Virus record (IMG/VR): IMGVR_UViG_2579778635_000004
Span: 1-8,241 of that record
Source of the DNA: a virus
Lineage: Duplodnaviria; Heunggongvirae; Uroviricota; Caudoviricetes
DNA length: 8,241 bases
Strand: one strand, 5' to 3'
Part shown: piece after piece, positions 1-6,923 of the stretch
Numbering within the stretch: the first letter of the stretch is position 1
How the letters are laid out: the number at the start of each line of letters is the position of its first letter
The notes under the pieces: generated by a model
The model's database searches: none
Seen by the model: the letters and a program-made list of their open reading frames with translations, nothing else
Told to the model about the DNA's origin: nothing
Program-made: the position numbers and the translations under genes

Positions 1-1
1 G

Positions 2-718
2 AGTCATGCGGTTTTTCCTGGCATCGTGCTTGCCTGGATTCTGGGGTTACCTCTGGCTACAGGGGCATTTATCGCCGGAGTATTCTGCGCGGTGGCGACG
101 GGATACCTGAAAGACAACAGCCGAATCAAGCAAGATACAGTGATGGGGATTGTTTTTTCTGGCATGTTTGCCGCAGGTCTGATCTTGTATATTGCAGTCA
201 AACCAGACATACATCTTGACCATATTCTTTTCGGCGACATGCTCGGGGTAACCATCGGCGATATAATCCAGACGATGATTATTGCCGGGCTGGTTACACT
301 TGTTATTAGCGTAAAATGGCGGGATTTTTTGCTGTTCAGCTTTGATTATCAACAGGCGCAGGTAAGCGGTTTGCATACGCGATGGCTGCATTATGGGCTG
401 CTGTGCATGGTTTCCCTGACCATTGTGGCGACGCTGAAAGCAGTAGGTATCATTCTCTCCATTTCTCTGCTCATTGCGCCTGGCGCCATTGCGGTACTCC
501 TGACACAACGCTTTCATATTGCACTCCTACTGGCGACTGGCATATCGGTAATAGTCTCAATGACTGGTGTTTGGCTGTCCTTTTTTATCGACAGCGCACC
601 AGCTCCGACGATTGTCGTCTTATTCGCGGTTGTGTTCATCATGACGTTTACCGTTATCAGTTTCAACGCACGCACAAAGGGAAACGCTCATAGACAGGAT
701 CTGTTATCCCCCAATTAG
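2..718 (+). CDS. sitD: ABC-type divalent-metal (Mn/Fe) uptake permease, inner-membrane subunit; 3' portion only, 5' end lies upstream of the window
   Basis: Frame is open from the window edge (codons phased from nt 2) to TAG at 716-718. Translation (...SHAVFPGIVLAWILGLPLATGAFIAGVFCAVATGYLKDNSRIKQDTVMGIVFSGMFAAGL...) is uniformly hydrophobic with the conserved pattern of ABC-3 (ZnuB/MntB/SitC/SitD) permeases. It is the last gene of a + strand operon lying beside lambdoid prophage genes, the context I recall for sitABCD in E. coli/Shigella. Assignment to sitD rather than another ABC-3 paralogue is from memory and context, not a search. Confidence 0.7.
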   Translation, partial: SHAVFPGIVLAWILGLPLATGAFIAGVFCAVATGYLKDNSRIKQDTVMGIVFSGMFAAGLILYIAVKPDIHLDHILFGDMLGVTIGDIIQTMIIAGLVTLVISVKWRDFLLFSFDYQQAQVSGLHTRWLHYGLLCMVSLTIVATLKAVGIILSISLLIAPGAIAVLLTQRFHIALLLATGISVIVSMTGVWLSFFIDSAPAPTIVVLFAVVFIMTFTVISFNARTKGNAHRQDLLSPN

Positions 719-879
719 CACAACATCCGAGGGCAGCATTGTCCGCTAGTACACTGCAGTCCAGAAAGTCATGGGCGGACGTTGGGAGGAGGTGCAAATC
801 CTCCCATACAAAAAATATATAAAATCAATAATGGATTGAAATTATTCAATACTCTCACCATCGACACTTCACCAGCGAA

Positions 880-921
880 CCGCAGCACGTTTTTGCATAA
901 GGCGTGTCTGCGGTTTTCTTT
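880..921 (+). terminator. Candidate intrinsic terminator downstream of the permease gene
   Basis: Imperfect inverted repeat ccgcagcacg (880-889) / cgtgtctgcgg (903-913, one bulged t) around a 13-nt loop, followed by ttttcttt (914-921). The loop is long, so stability is uncertain. Confidence 0.35.
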
Positions 922-1072
922 ATGATTTATGCACAATGGACAATTTGAAATTATTGATGATTGTATGGTGCATCGTTTTCTGAACCTACACTGATTTTTT
1001 GGTATAGCCTTGCCTAGCCAGTCTTACCGGATCAACCCCTTCGCTATTGCAATACTAACCAAAATCATCAAT

Positions 1073-1104
1073 TTGACAGCGATTAACCAGAATAATAGTA
1101 TACT
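1073..1104 (+). promoter_or_regulatory. Candidate sigma70-type promoter for the diguanylate cyclase gene
   Basis: Perfect -35 hexamer TTGACA at 1073-1078 and a -10-like TATACT at 1099-1104 (20-bp spacing, longer than optimal; alternative AT-rich -10 hexamers lie at 1091-1098). About 70 nt upstream of the ATG at 1174, in AT-rich DNA that also contains a (TA)5 tract at 1146-1156. A Shine-Dalgarno AGGTG sits at 1164-1168, 5 nt before the ATG. Confidence 0.3.
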
Positions 1105-1173
1105 ATCACCAGTAAGAAATTATCGTTATTTGTAGCGATACATATTATATATATATCATTCTCAGGTGCGTAC

Positions 1174-2505
1174 ATGATTATCAACCAGGTACCTATAAAA
1201 ATAAAAATCTTCATCTTTTTATTTTCATGCATCTCTATTATATTTTTGTTACTGCATGAAAATAATGGAATATACATAACACAAACAACACAAATAAGTT
1301 ATAGTGTTTTCATTATTGGGCTTTTTTTCATAAACCTGATGATTTTTATTTTTCTATTACTTTACTATGTCTCTAATCAGAGACAAAGTTATCTCTTAAT
1401 TCTTTCATTCGCGTTTTTGAGCAACACGTATTATTTATTAGAAGTGGCTATTATTTCTTTATCTCCGTTAGGTAACGATTTATCTACAATCTATCAGAAA
1501 TCAAATGATATCGCAATATATTATCTATTCCGTCAGTTCAGCTTTATATCTATAATCTTTCTGGCTGTTTATTCCACCAATGTTAAAAATAAAAGTGTTT
1601 TAGAAGATAAAAGAAACATAATAATTGTTGTTTTGTCAATATTAATTCTTTTTATTACTCCGTTTGTAGCAAAAAATCTAAGCAGTGACAATATAAAATA
1701 TAGTCTTAATATTATACAATACTCGCTGAATCGTCATTTGTCGACGTGGAATATCGTGTGCACCAAAATAATATCAGTATTTTGGCTTGTATTACTTATC
1801 AGCTCATGCATCAGCATACGTAATTACTCAAAAATATGGTTGTGTATAATACTTATTAGTATAGTGTCAGTATGCAATAATCTAATTTTATTGTATTTTA
1901 TTGATAAATCCCATCCTGCATGGTACATGACAAAATTTCTTGAATTGATATCAATGATTTATATTATTTCAACACTCATGTATTATGTTTTCAGGAAATT
2001 AAATCATGCTAATCATATGGCAATTCATGATCCACTAACGAATACATACAATAGAAGATACTTTATTGACTCATTGAAGAATATATCAAAACACCATGAT
2101 TTCTCAGTAATAATGTTAGATATTGACAGTTTCAAAAGCATCAATGACAAATGGGGGCATCATATGGGTGATCAAGTCATAGTAATGGTTACCAGAATAA
2201 TAAAAAAATCCATCAGGAAAGAGGATATATTAGGGCGCTTAGGCGGTGAGGAGTTCGGTATTATCATTAAAGGTAATACTCAAAAGCTCTTGCTATCAAT
2301 TGCAGAGCGAATCAGAAAAAACATTGAAGAGCAATGCTCGGAAAAATTATTATCGCATGGACCTGAGAAAATAACTGTCAGTATTGGTTGCTTTACTTCA
2401 AAAGAGAATAATCTCAGTCCATCTGAAATGTTAGTCAATGCCGATAAAGCGTTATATCAAGCCAAAAGAACCGGAAAAAACAAGGTGATAATTCACTCAA
2501 AATAA
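1174..2505 (+). CDS. Membrane-anchored GGDEF-domain diguanylate cyclase: N-terminal ~8-helix integral membrane sensor-like domain (MASE4/YcdT-like by recollection) plus C-terminal GGDEF domain
   Basis: 443-codon ORF, ATG at 1174 preceded by AGGTG, TAA stop at 2503-2505. The C-terminal ~160 aa carry GGDEF hallmarks: DPLTNTYNRRYF, MLDIDSFKSINDKWGH, active-site GGEEF (nt 2242-2256), I-site RxxD as RKED (nt 2215-2226) at canonical spacing, and KALYQAKRTGKNKV. The N-terminal ~280 aa are about eight hydrophobic segments rich in I/L/F. The gene is very AT-rich (13 G+C in nt 1201-1260 by hand count) against ~50-58% in flanking genes. Confidence 0.9.
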   Translation: MIINQVPIKIKIFIFLFSCISIIFLLLHENNGIYITQTTQISYSVFIIGLFFINLMIFIFLLLYYVSNQRQSYLLILSFAFLSNTYYLLEVAIISLSPLGNDLSTIYQKSNDIAIYYLFRQFSFISIIFLAVYSTNVKNKSVLEDKRNIIIVVLSILILFITPFVAKNLSSDNIKYSLNIIQYSLNRHLSTWNIVCTKIISVFWLVLLISSCISIRNYSKIWLCIILISIVSVCNNLILLYFIDKSHPAWYMTKFLELISMIYIISTLMYYVFRKLNHANHMAIHDPLTNTYNRRYFIDSLKNISKHHDFSVIMLDIDSFKSINDKWGHHMGDQVIVMVTRIIKKSIRKEDILGRLGGEEFGIIIKGNTQKLLLSIAERIRKNIEEQCSEKLLSHGPEKITVSIGCFTSKENNLSPSEMLVNADKALYQAKRTGKNKVIIHSK

Positions 2506-2532
2506 ACACCTTTTTAAAATACAGCCCCAATA

Positions 2533-2569
2533 AACTGCAGAATATTATCCCATATAATATCCTGCAGTT
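2533..2569. repeat. Near-perfect 16-bp-arm palindrome in the convergent intergenic gap between the cyclase gene and tfa
   Basis: aactgcagaatattat (2533-2548) / loop cccat (2549-2553) / ataatatcctgcagtt (2554-2569); the arms are reverse complements with one mismatch (a vs g). No strong T-run follows on either strand (a weak TTTATT follows on the - strand). It may be a bidirectional terminator or a protein-binding/recombination site. Confidence 0.4.
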
Positions 2570-2578
2570 CGTAATGCA

Positions 2579-3163
2579 CTATTCGATAATGGGTACTGTT
2601 GGCCATTCAATATCCGGTGCAGTTGTTGTATTAACACGGTTCAGCAACACCCGATACTTCTTCCATGCGGCCAGTAACGCTTTCTCTTCCTCCGTTGCGA
2701 TTTCCAGATCTGCAGCATCCTGAAGCGGCGCAATATGCTCACTGGCTACCTGCATCAGGTTGTTTTTTGTTTCTTCCGCCTCCCGGATCCGGAACAGTTT
2801 TTCTGCTTCCGTATCCTTCACCCAGGCTGTGCCGTTCCACTTCTGAAACTCCCCTTCCGGCGATAACCAGGTAACATTTTTCGGTAACGGACCGAGTTCA
2901 GAAATAAATAACGCGTCGCCGGAAGCCACGTCATAAACCGTTTTACCCCGATGATCTTCAACGAGATGCCACGATGACTCATCACTGTTGAAAACAGCCA
3001 CGAAGCCAGCCGGAATATCTGGCGGTGCAATATCGGTACTGTTTGCTGGCAGACCTGTATGAGGCGGAATATATGCATCACCTTCACCAATAAATTCATT
3101 AGTTCCGGCCAGCAGATTATAAATTGTTATGGTCCGTGGTTGTTCACTCATTCTGAATGCCAT
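2579..3163 (-). CDS. tfa: Tail fibre assembly protein (lambda Tfa family chaperone)
   Basis: 194 aa beginning [58 protein letters not shown]..., which matches lambda-type Tfa as I remember it. ATG at 3161-3163 overlaps the stf stop (TAATG); TAG stop at 2579-2581. Position directly after stf is the canonical lambda order. Confidence 0.95.
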   Translation of the reverse strand: MAFRMSEQPRTITIYNLLAGTNEFIGEGDAYIPPHTGLPANSTDIAPPDIPAGFVAVFNSDESSWHLVEDHRGKTVYDVASGDALFISELGPLPKNVTWLSPEGEFQKWNGTAWVKDTEAEKLFRIREAEETKNNLMQVASEHIAPLQDAADLEIATEEEKALLAAWKKYRVLLNRVNTTTAPDIEWPTVPIIE

Positions 3164-6100
3164 TATGCAAGCCTCACAATATAGTTAAATGCGATGTTTT
3201 TGACGGTGTTTTCCGCGTTACCAGCAGCGTTAACGGTGATGGTGTGTCCATGTGAGCCAATCGCAACCGAGTGCGTATGAGCACCAATACCGACAGTATG
3301 TGCGTGAGCACCTGCAGATGCAGCTGTGCCGCTGACACTATGAGTGTGCGCTCCTGCAGCACTTGTATTCACACTGGCCGCAGACACTACCTTATGTACT
3401 GACCCATTTTGTGACCACTGGCTGACTGCTGATGCGCCTGTGACACTATGAGTATGGTTTCCGGCACTTGCGGCTGTACCGCTCACACTGTGCGTATGCG
3501 CCCCGATGTTATTCGTGGATTTAGTGCCGTAATCAAACGACGATGTGGTTTTCGTCCCCAAATCCGTACTGGATGCGCTGGCGCTGTGGGTGTGCGATTT
3601 AATGCCGTCCTGTTCCTGAGACAATACAGCCCGACCACTGGCAGGTTTGCCCTTAATCGTCCAGCCACGCATATCAGGGATCACGCCTGACGGATAAGCG
3701 GCTGCAAGTTTCGGGTATGCAGATTTGTCAAAAGTCTGCCCCTGCATCAGGGCATAACCAGACGGAACGGTATCTGATGGCCACGGGATTGGTGCACCGA
3801 CTGGATAAAACTCTGCAGGAGGATGAGCCGAGGTGTAAAGCTGCGCCCACGGCGACCAGTTTGCGTCGGTCGTATCCCGTCGTGAACGAATAAATGCCGG
3901 AGCATGAGCACCGCTTGTACCACTCCAGCCGATGAGTAACTCACCTTCGCCAACGGCTGTCATCCCTTTCAGGTGAATGATATTTCCATACGTTGTTGGA
4001 TATCCGTTGTTATACACCTCGTATAACTCAAGACCTGCTGCCCCCTGCGTATTGTCTGTCAGCGCGGCTACCCGACCTTTTGAAGCCAGATTAACTGATG
4101 ATACTGCTGTTCCACCTGACGGTAGCGCCCCGATCTCTGATGCCGTTGGCTTATTTCTGGAGTTATAGTCCCTTCGCCAGCCAGGTGAATAATCTGTTCC
4201 GTGATTAATATAGGTAAACTGGGCGTTGGTTGTTCCGCCACCGCTGGATGTGGTCGGAGTGGTAATGCGGATCGTCATCGCTGACTTTATCCCCATTACT
4301 TCAATGACAGCTCCGGCGAGATGAATATTACCGCAGCCAGTATCAGTAATGATTTTATTATTGCCATAAGACCAGGAACCCTTGCACATCCAGTATGGAT
4401 GGTTAAATGCTCCCTGAGAATCCAGCCACTCGATAAACTGTGCAGTCGTCCAGTTTCCTGTTGTTGTGCTTACTGACCCACCGAAGGCACGGCAGGCACC
4501 AATATTTTTCGTAAAGGTGTCTTTGCCAGGGATATCCGCACCGTTCTGATCTTTCTGCAGACGTTTCTCAGCATTGTCATTGGCTGCTTTTACTGCCTTT
4601 GGCGTTGCCGCCAGCGTTTCAGACGTGCTGTTGGTCGCGCTGCTTAGCTGGATTATCCCTTTCTGTGCTGTCGTTGCATCCTGTGCGGTGTATTTCCCGT
4701 TAGCCAGGTCATACGCGGCCTTAACGGCTTTTGGTGTTGCCGCCAGTGACTCGGAAGTGCTGTTAGTCGCACTACTGAGCTGTACTATCCCCTTTTTTGT
4801 CGTGCTCGCATCCTCAAGCGCCACGGCGGATGCAATATCCTCTGCCCGTTTTGCCGCTGTCTCAGCGCGCGTTGCTGCAGATTCCGCCGTACTTTTGCTC
4901 TGAGCTGCTGCCTTCGCACTACCAGCAGCCTCTGTCGCCTTCGTGGATGCCGTCGTGGCGCTGCCCTTCGCTGCTGACGCCTGTCTGGTCGCCTCATCTT
5001 TTGAAGCAGACGCCGATGATGCCGATGACGCCGCCGAACTGGCGGACGATGCCGCTGCCGTTTTTGAGGATTCTGCACGGGTTTCCGACGCTTTCGCGTT
5101 CGTTTCGGATGTCTTCGCTGCGGAAGCTGACCTCGCTGCTGCCGTGGCCTGCTCAGTGGCTTCGCCAGCCTTTGTTGTGGCTGTTGAAGCGGATGATGCG
5201 GCGCTTTCTGCCGATTTTCCGGCGGCGGTGGCACTGGCTGAGGCCTGCCCGGCACTTGTTGACGCGGCACTGGCAGACGACGCAGCCGCTGTTTTTGAGC
5301 CTGCCGCAGCTGAGGCGCTCTGTCCCGCTGCCGTCTCAGAAGACCTGGCGTTCGTCTCGGACGTTTTTGCCGCCTTCGCGGAATTTCCTGCCGCCGTTGC
5401 CGAGGAAGCTGCGCTACTGGCGCTCAAGGATGCGTTCGTTTCTGATGATTTCGCTGCCTCTTTTGAGGCCGCCGCATCCCGGGCTGAAGTGGCGGCTTCT
5501 GACGCTTTCGTCGTCGCAGTGGATGCAGAAGTGGCTGCTGATTTTTGTGACGCTGCAGCATTCGTTTCTGACGTTTTCGCGGCACCGGCACTGGTGGCCG
5601 CCGCGCTTTTTGAGGACTCTGCAGCGGCAGCACTTTTTGATGCTTCAGTGGCCTTTGTTGATGCCGTTCCTGCGCTGGAAGACGCCTCCTGAGCCGACGT
5701 CGCGGCCTGTCCGGCTGACGTGCTGGCTGCACGCGCTGAGCCTGCAGCATCAGTCGCATGGGTTGCCGCCTCACTGGCAGATGTGCCGGCATCACTGGCT
5801 GACTTCTTCGCGGCTGCCGTGTTCTGTGCCACCGCGGACGCGTTACGCGCCACCTCTTCCACCATCAGTTCAAAACGGCGCAGAGCCTCCGGACGGGCAT
5901 CATCCTCCGTCATGGCACCGAGAAAATCATTCAGCGTACCGGGTCGGGAATCTTCATACACGGTGATGGTCCCGGCATGTGACGGCGGGAATCCTTCCAC
6001 CAACAGAATAACGCTGTACTGACCGTACTCAACGTCCATGCTGTAACGCCCGGCTTCATCCGGATTTTCTGAGGCCAGCGTGTTCACCACCACCGTGGTG

Positions 6101-6189
6101 CTGTTACGTTTTGCTTTCAGCTGGATTGTGCAGTTCTGTACCGGTTTTCCTGTGCCGTCTTTCAGTACACCTGAAATCTTTACTGCCAT
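3163..6189 (-). CDS. stf: Side tail fibre protein (lambda Stf family), mosaic
   Basis: Long uninterrupted ORF. The ATG at 6187-6189 ([37 protein letters not shown]...) is the likely start, with GGGG 6-9 nt upstream; the ORF track's GTG at 6195 would add only MN. The N-terminus, the Ala/Ser/Thr-rich repeats with recurring AK(T/S)SETNA motifs, the His-rich HxH C-terminal region ([40 protein letters not shown]) and the final [18 protein letters not shown] all resemble lambda Stf. TAA stop at 3163-3165. Confidence 0.95.
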   Translation of the reverse strand: MAVKISGVLKDGTGKPVQNCTIQLKAKRNSTTVVVNTLASENPDEAGRYSMDVEYGQYSVILLVEGFPPSHAGTITVYEDSRPGTLNDFLGAMTEDDARPEALRRFELMVEEVARNASAVAQNTAAAKKSASDAGTSASEAATHATDAAGSARAASTSAGQAATSAQEASSSAGTASTKATEASKSAAAAESSKSAAATSAGAAKTSETNAAASQKSAATSASTATTKASEAATSARDAAASKEAAKSSETNASLSASSAASSATAAGNSAKAAKTSETNARSSETAAGQSASAAAGSKTAAASSASAASTSAGQASASATAAGKSAESAASSASTATTKAGEATEQATAAARSASAAKTSETNAKASETRAESSKTAAASSASSAASSASSASASKDEATRQASAAKGSATTASTKATEAAGSAKAAAQSKSTAESAATRAETAAKRAEDIASAVALEDASTTKKGIVQLSSATNSTSESLAATPKAVKAAYDLANGKYTAQDATTAQKGIIQLSSATNSTSETLAATPKAVKAANDNAEKRLQKDQNGADIPGKDTFTKNIGACRAFGGSVSTTTGNWTTAQFIEWLDSQGAFNHPYWMCKGSWSYGNNKIITDTGCGNIHLAGAVIEVMGIKSAMTIRITTPTTSSGGGTTNAQFTYINHGTDYSPGWRRDYNSRNKPTASEIGALPSGGTAVSSVNLASKGRVAALTDNTQGAAGLELYEVYNNGYPTTYGNIIHLKGMTAVGEGELLIGWSGTSGAHAPAFIRSRRDTTDANWSPWAQLYTSAHPPAEFYPVGAPIPWPSDTVPSGYALMQGQTFDKSAYPKLAAAYPSGVIPDMRGWTIKGKPASGRAVLSQEQDGIKSHTHSASASSTDLGTKTTSSFDYGTKSTNNIGAHTHSVSGTAASAGNHTHSVTGASAVSQWSQNGSVHKVVSAASVNTSAAGAHTHSVSGTAASAGAHAHTVGIGAHTHSVAIGSHGHTITVNAAGNAENTVKNIAFNYIVRLA
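4590..4810 (-). repeat. Tandem duplication inside stf encoding two copies of a conserved tail-fibre repeat motif
   Basis: The protein has [28 protein letters not shown] and [28 protein letters not shown] separated by ~15 aa. The DNA copies (about 4594-4675 and 4723-4806) are visibly similar, e.g. ctttggcgttgccgccagcgtttcagacgtgctgttggtcgc vs cttttggtgttgccgccagtgactcggaagtgctgttagtcgc. Confidence 0.75.
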
Positions 6190-6200
6190 ATTCACCCCAC

Positions 6201-6227
6201 AAAAAAGCCCGCCTGAACCGGCGGGCT
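6201..6227 (-). terminator. Intrinsic terminator between lom and stf (- strand)
   Basis: On the - strand: AGCCCGCC (6227-6220) / 6-nt loop / GGCGGGCT (6213-6206), GC-rich 8-bp stem, immediately followed by TTTTTT (complement of a 6201-6206), then GTGGGG and the stf ATG. Confidence 0.6.
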
Positions 6228-6253
6228 GTCATAACACTGTGTTACCTGGCTAA

Positions 6254-6853
6254 TCAGAACTTATAACCGACACCCATGATGAAACCGTCAGTGCGCCAGT
6301 CGCCACTGCCGGAGCCTTCATAAGCAATATCAATGGCCACGGATTCGGTCGGGTTAAACTGCACGCCAGCTCCCCACGCCAGAGACGTGTTGCTGTGGCG
6401 ACCGTCATCACTTCCGGTCAGCACATCGTGCGTTTTCCCCTTGTTGTCAGTTACGCGAAGATAATCCCCGGAGAAAGTCGACACACGGCTGTAAGCCACA
6501 CCCGCCATCGCATACGCGCTGAACCATTCATTCACGCGCACAGACGGCCCCGCCATTACGCTGAACCAGCGGTTACGAACGGAATCTTCATGCCAGCGGG
6601 TATCGCTGTAACGGGTCAGCTGGCGATTCTTGTCTCCTGCATAGCTGAATGACGTCACCAGCCCCAACGTGTCCGTAAACTCATAACGGTATTTCACGTT
6701 AATCCCGTTCAGATCATCACTGCCGGGAACGTTCGTCGAGGCATGAAGATACCCCGCGCTCAGCGTGGACTGATGTTCAGACGCCCATGCAGGCGCACCG
6801 GATACGGCCAGACAAATGGCTGCGGACAAAATTGCTGCACAAACTTTACGCAT
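6254..6853 (-). CDS. lom: Lom outer-membrane protein (Ail/Lom/PagC/OmpX family beta-barrel), prophage-encoded
   Basis: 199 aa: MRKVCAAILSAAICLAVSGAPAWASEHQSTLSAGYLHASTNVPGSDDLNGINVKYRYEFTDTLGLVTSFSYAGDKNRQL...GFIMGVGYKF. It has a signal peptide (cleavage likely after AWA), alternating beta-strand pattern and C-terminal aromatic residue, and closely matches lambda Lom as I recall it. SD GAGAGG precedes the ATG at 6851-6853; it lies between J and stf as in lambda. Confidence 0.95.
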   Translation of the reverse strand: MRKVCAAILSAAICLAVSGAPAWASEHQSTLSAGYLHASTNVPGSDDLNGINVKYRYEFTDTLGLVTSFSYAGDKNRQLTRYSDTRWHEDSVRNRWFSVMAGPSVRVNEWFSAYAMAGVAYSRVSTFSGDYLRVTDNKGKTHDVLTGSDDGRHSNTSLAWGAGVQFNPTESVAIDIAYEGSGSGDWRTDGFIMGVGYKF

Positions 6854-6877
6854 AATTACCTCTCGCTTTTCTGCAAT

Positions 6878-6901
6878 AAAAAAGGCGTCATTCCTGACGC
6901 C
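6878..6901 (-). terminator. Candidate intrinsic terminator between J and lom (- strand)
   Basis: On the - strand: GGCGTCA (6901-6895) / loop GGAA / TGACGCC (6890-6884), followed by TTTTTT (complement of a 6878-6883). It sits 22 nt after the J stop (TGA at 6924-6926) and before the lom SD. Confidence 0.5.
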
Positions 6902-6923
6902 ATTTATTGGGGTTATAAATATT

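Noticed and set aside
47-693. ORFs 47..517 (-) and 382..693 (+) overlapping the permease gene
   Set aside because: Alternative-frame and antisense shadows of a membrane-protein gene; no independent signals, and the sitD-like frame is continuous with recognisable family motifs.
783-806. Perfect 8-bp stem hairpin tgggagga/ggtgcaaa/tcctccca downstream of the permease stop; its left arm also reads as a strong SD-like GGAGGAGGTG
   Set aside because: No T-run follows on either strand, so it is not a canonical intrinsic terminator, and there is no start codon at a suitable distance after the SD-like sequence (nearest ATG at 832 is followed at once by TGA). It may still be a stabilising 3' structure for the sit transcript; left uncalled.
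929-994. 21-codon small ORF (MHNGQFEIIDDCMVHRFLNLH) in the spacer between the permease and cyclase genes
   Set aside because: No Shine-Dalgarno sequence, no conservation evidence, and the region is better explained as terminator/promoter DNA.
1043-1058. gctattgcaATACTAA resembling the lambda att core GCTTTTTTATACTAA, located at the GC-to-AT composition transition
   Set aside because: Only the 7-mer ATACTAA plus GCT match, with an indel; a 7-mer is expected by chance about once in 8 kb on two strands. Noted because a prophage-linked cyclase has reportedly been found near the lambda attachment locus, but the match is too weak to call an att site without flanking-sequence comparison.
1083-1277. 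64-aa - strand ORF across the cyclase promoter and start
   Set aside because: It lies in extremely AT-rich DNA where short ORFs arise by chance, has no RBS, and overlaps the cyclase start codon and SD on the opposite strand.
1060-2578. Searched for short direct repeats flanking the AT-rich cyclase block as target-site duplications
   Set aside because: Only trivial AT-rich similarities (e.g. cagaata on both sides) were found, with nothing convincing by eye. The insertion mechanism remains unknown; a proper repeat search with flanking genomes is needed.
2665-4168. Short ORFs inside tfa and the stf 3' region in other frames or on the + strand (2665..2874, 2818..3099, 3174..3362, 3448..3690, 3483..3668, 3747..3953, 3977..4168)
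   Set aside because: All are nested within well-supported tfa/stf coding sequence and have no distinctive features.
4574-5966. Long + strand ORFs (4574..4903, 4797..5966, 4943..5692) and - strand ORFs in other frames (4785..5270, 5424..5795) overlapping the central part of stf
   Set aside because: Their products are low-complexity (poly-Ala/Asp/Val, or Arg/Pro/Gln-rich) with no start context. They are the expected by-product of the GC-rich, GCN-codon-dominated repetitive shaft-coding sequence of stf, whose reverse complement and alternative frames are stop-poor. The - strand stf frame has clear homology and explains the region.
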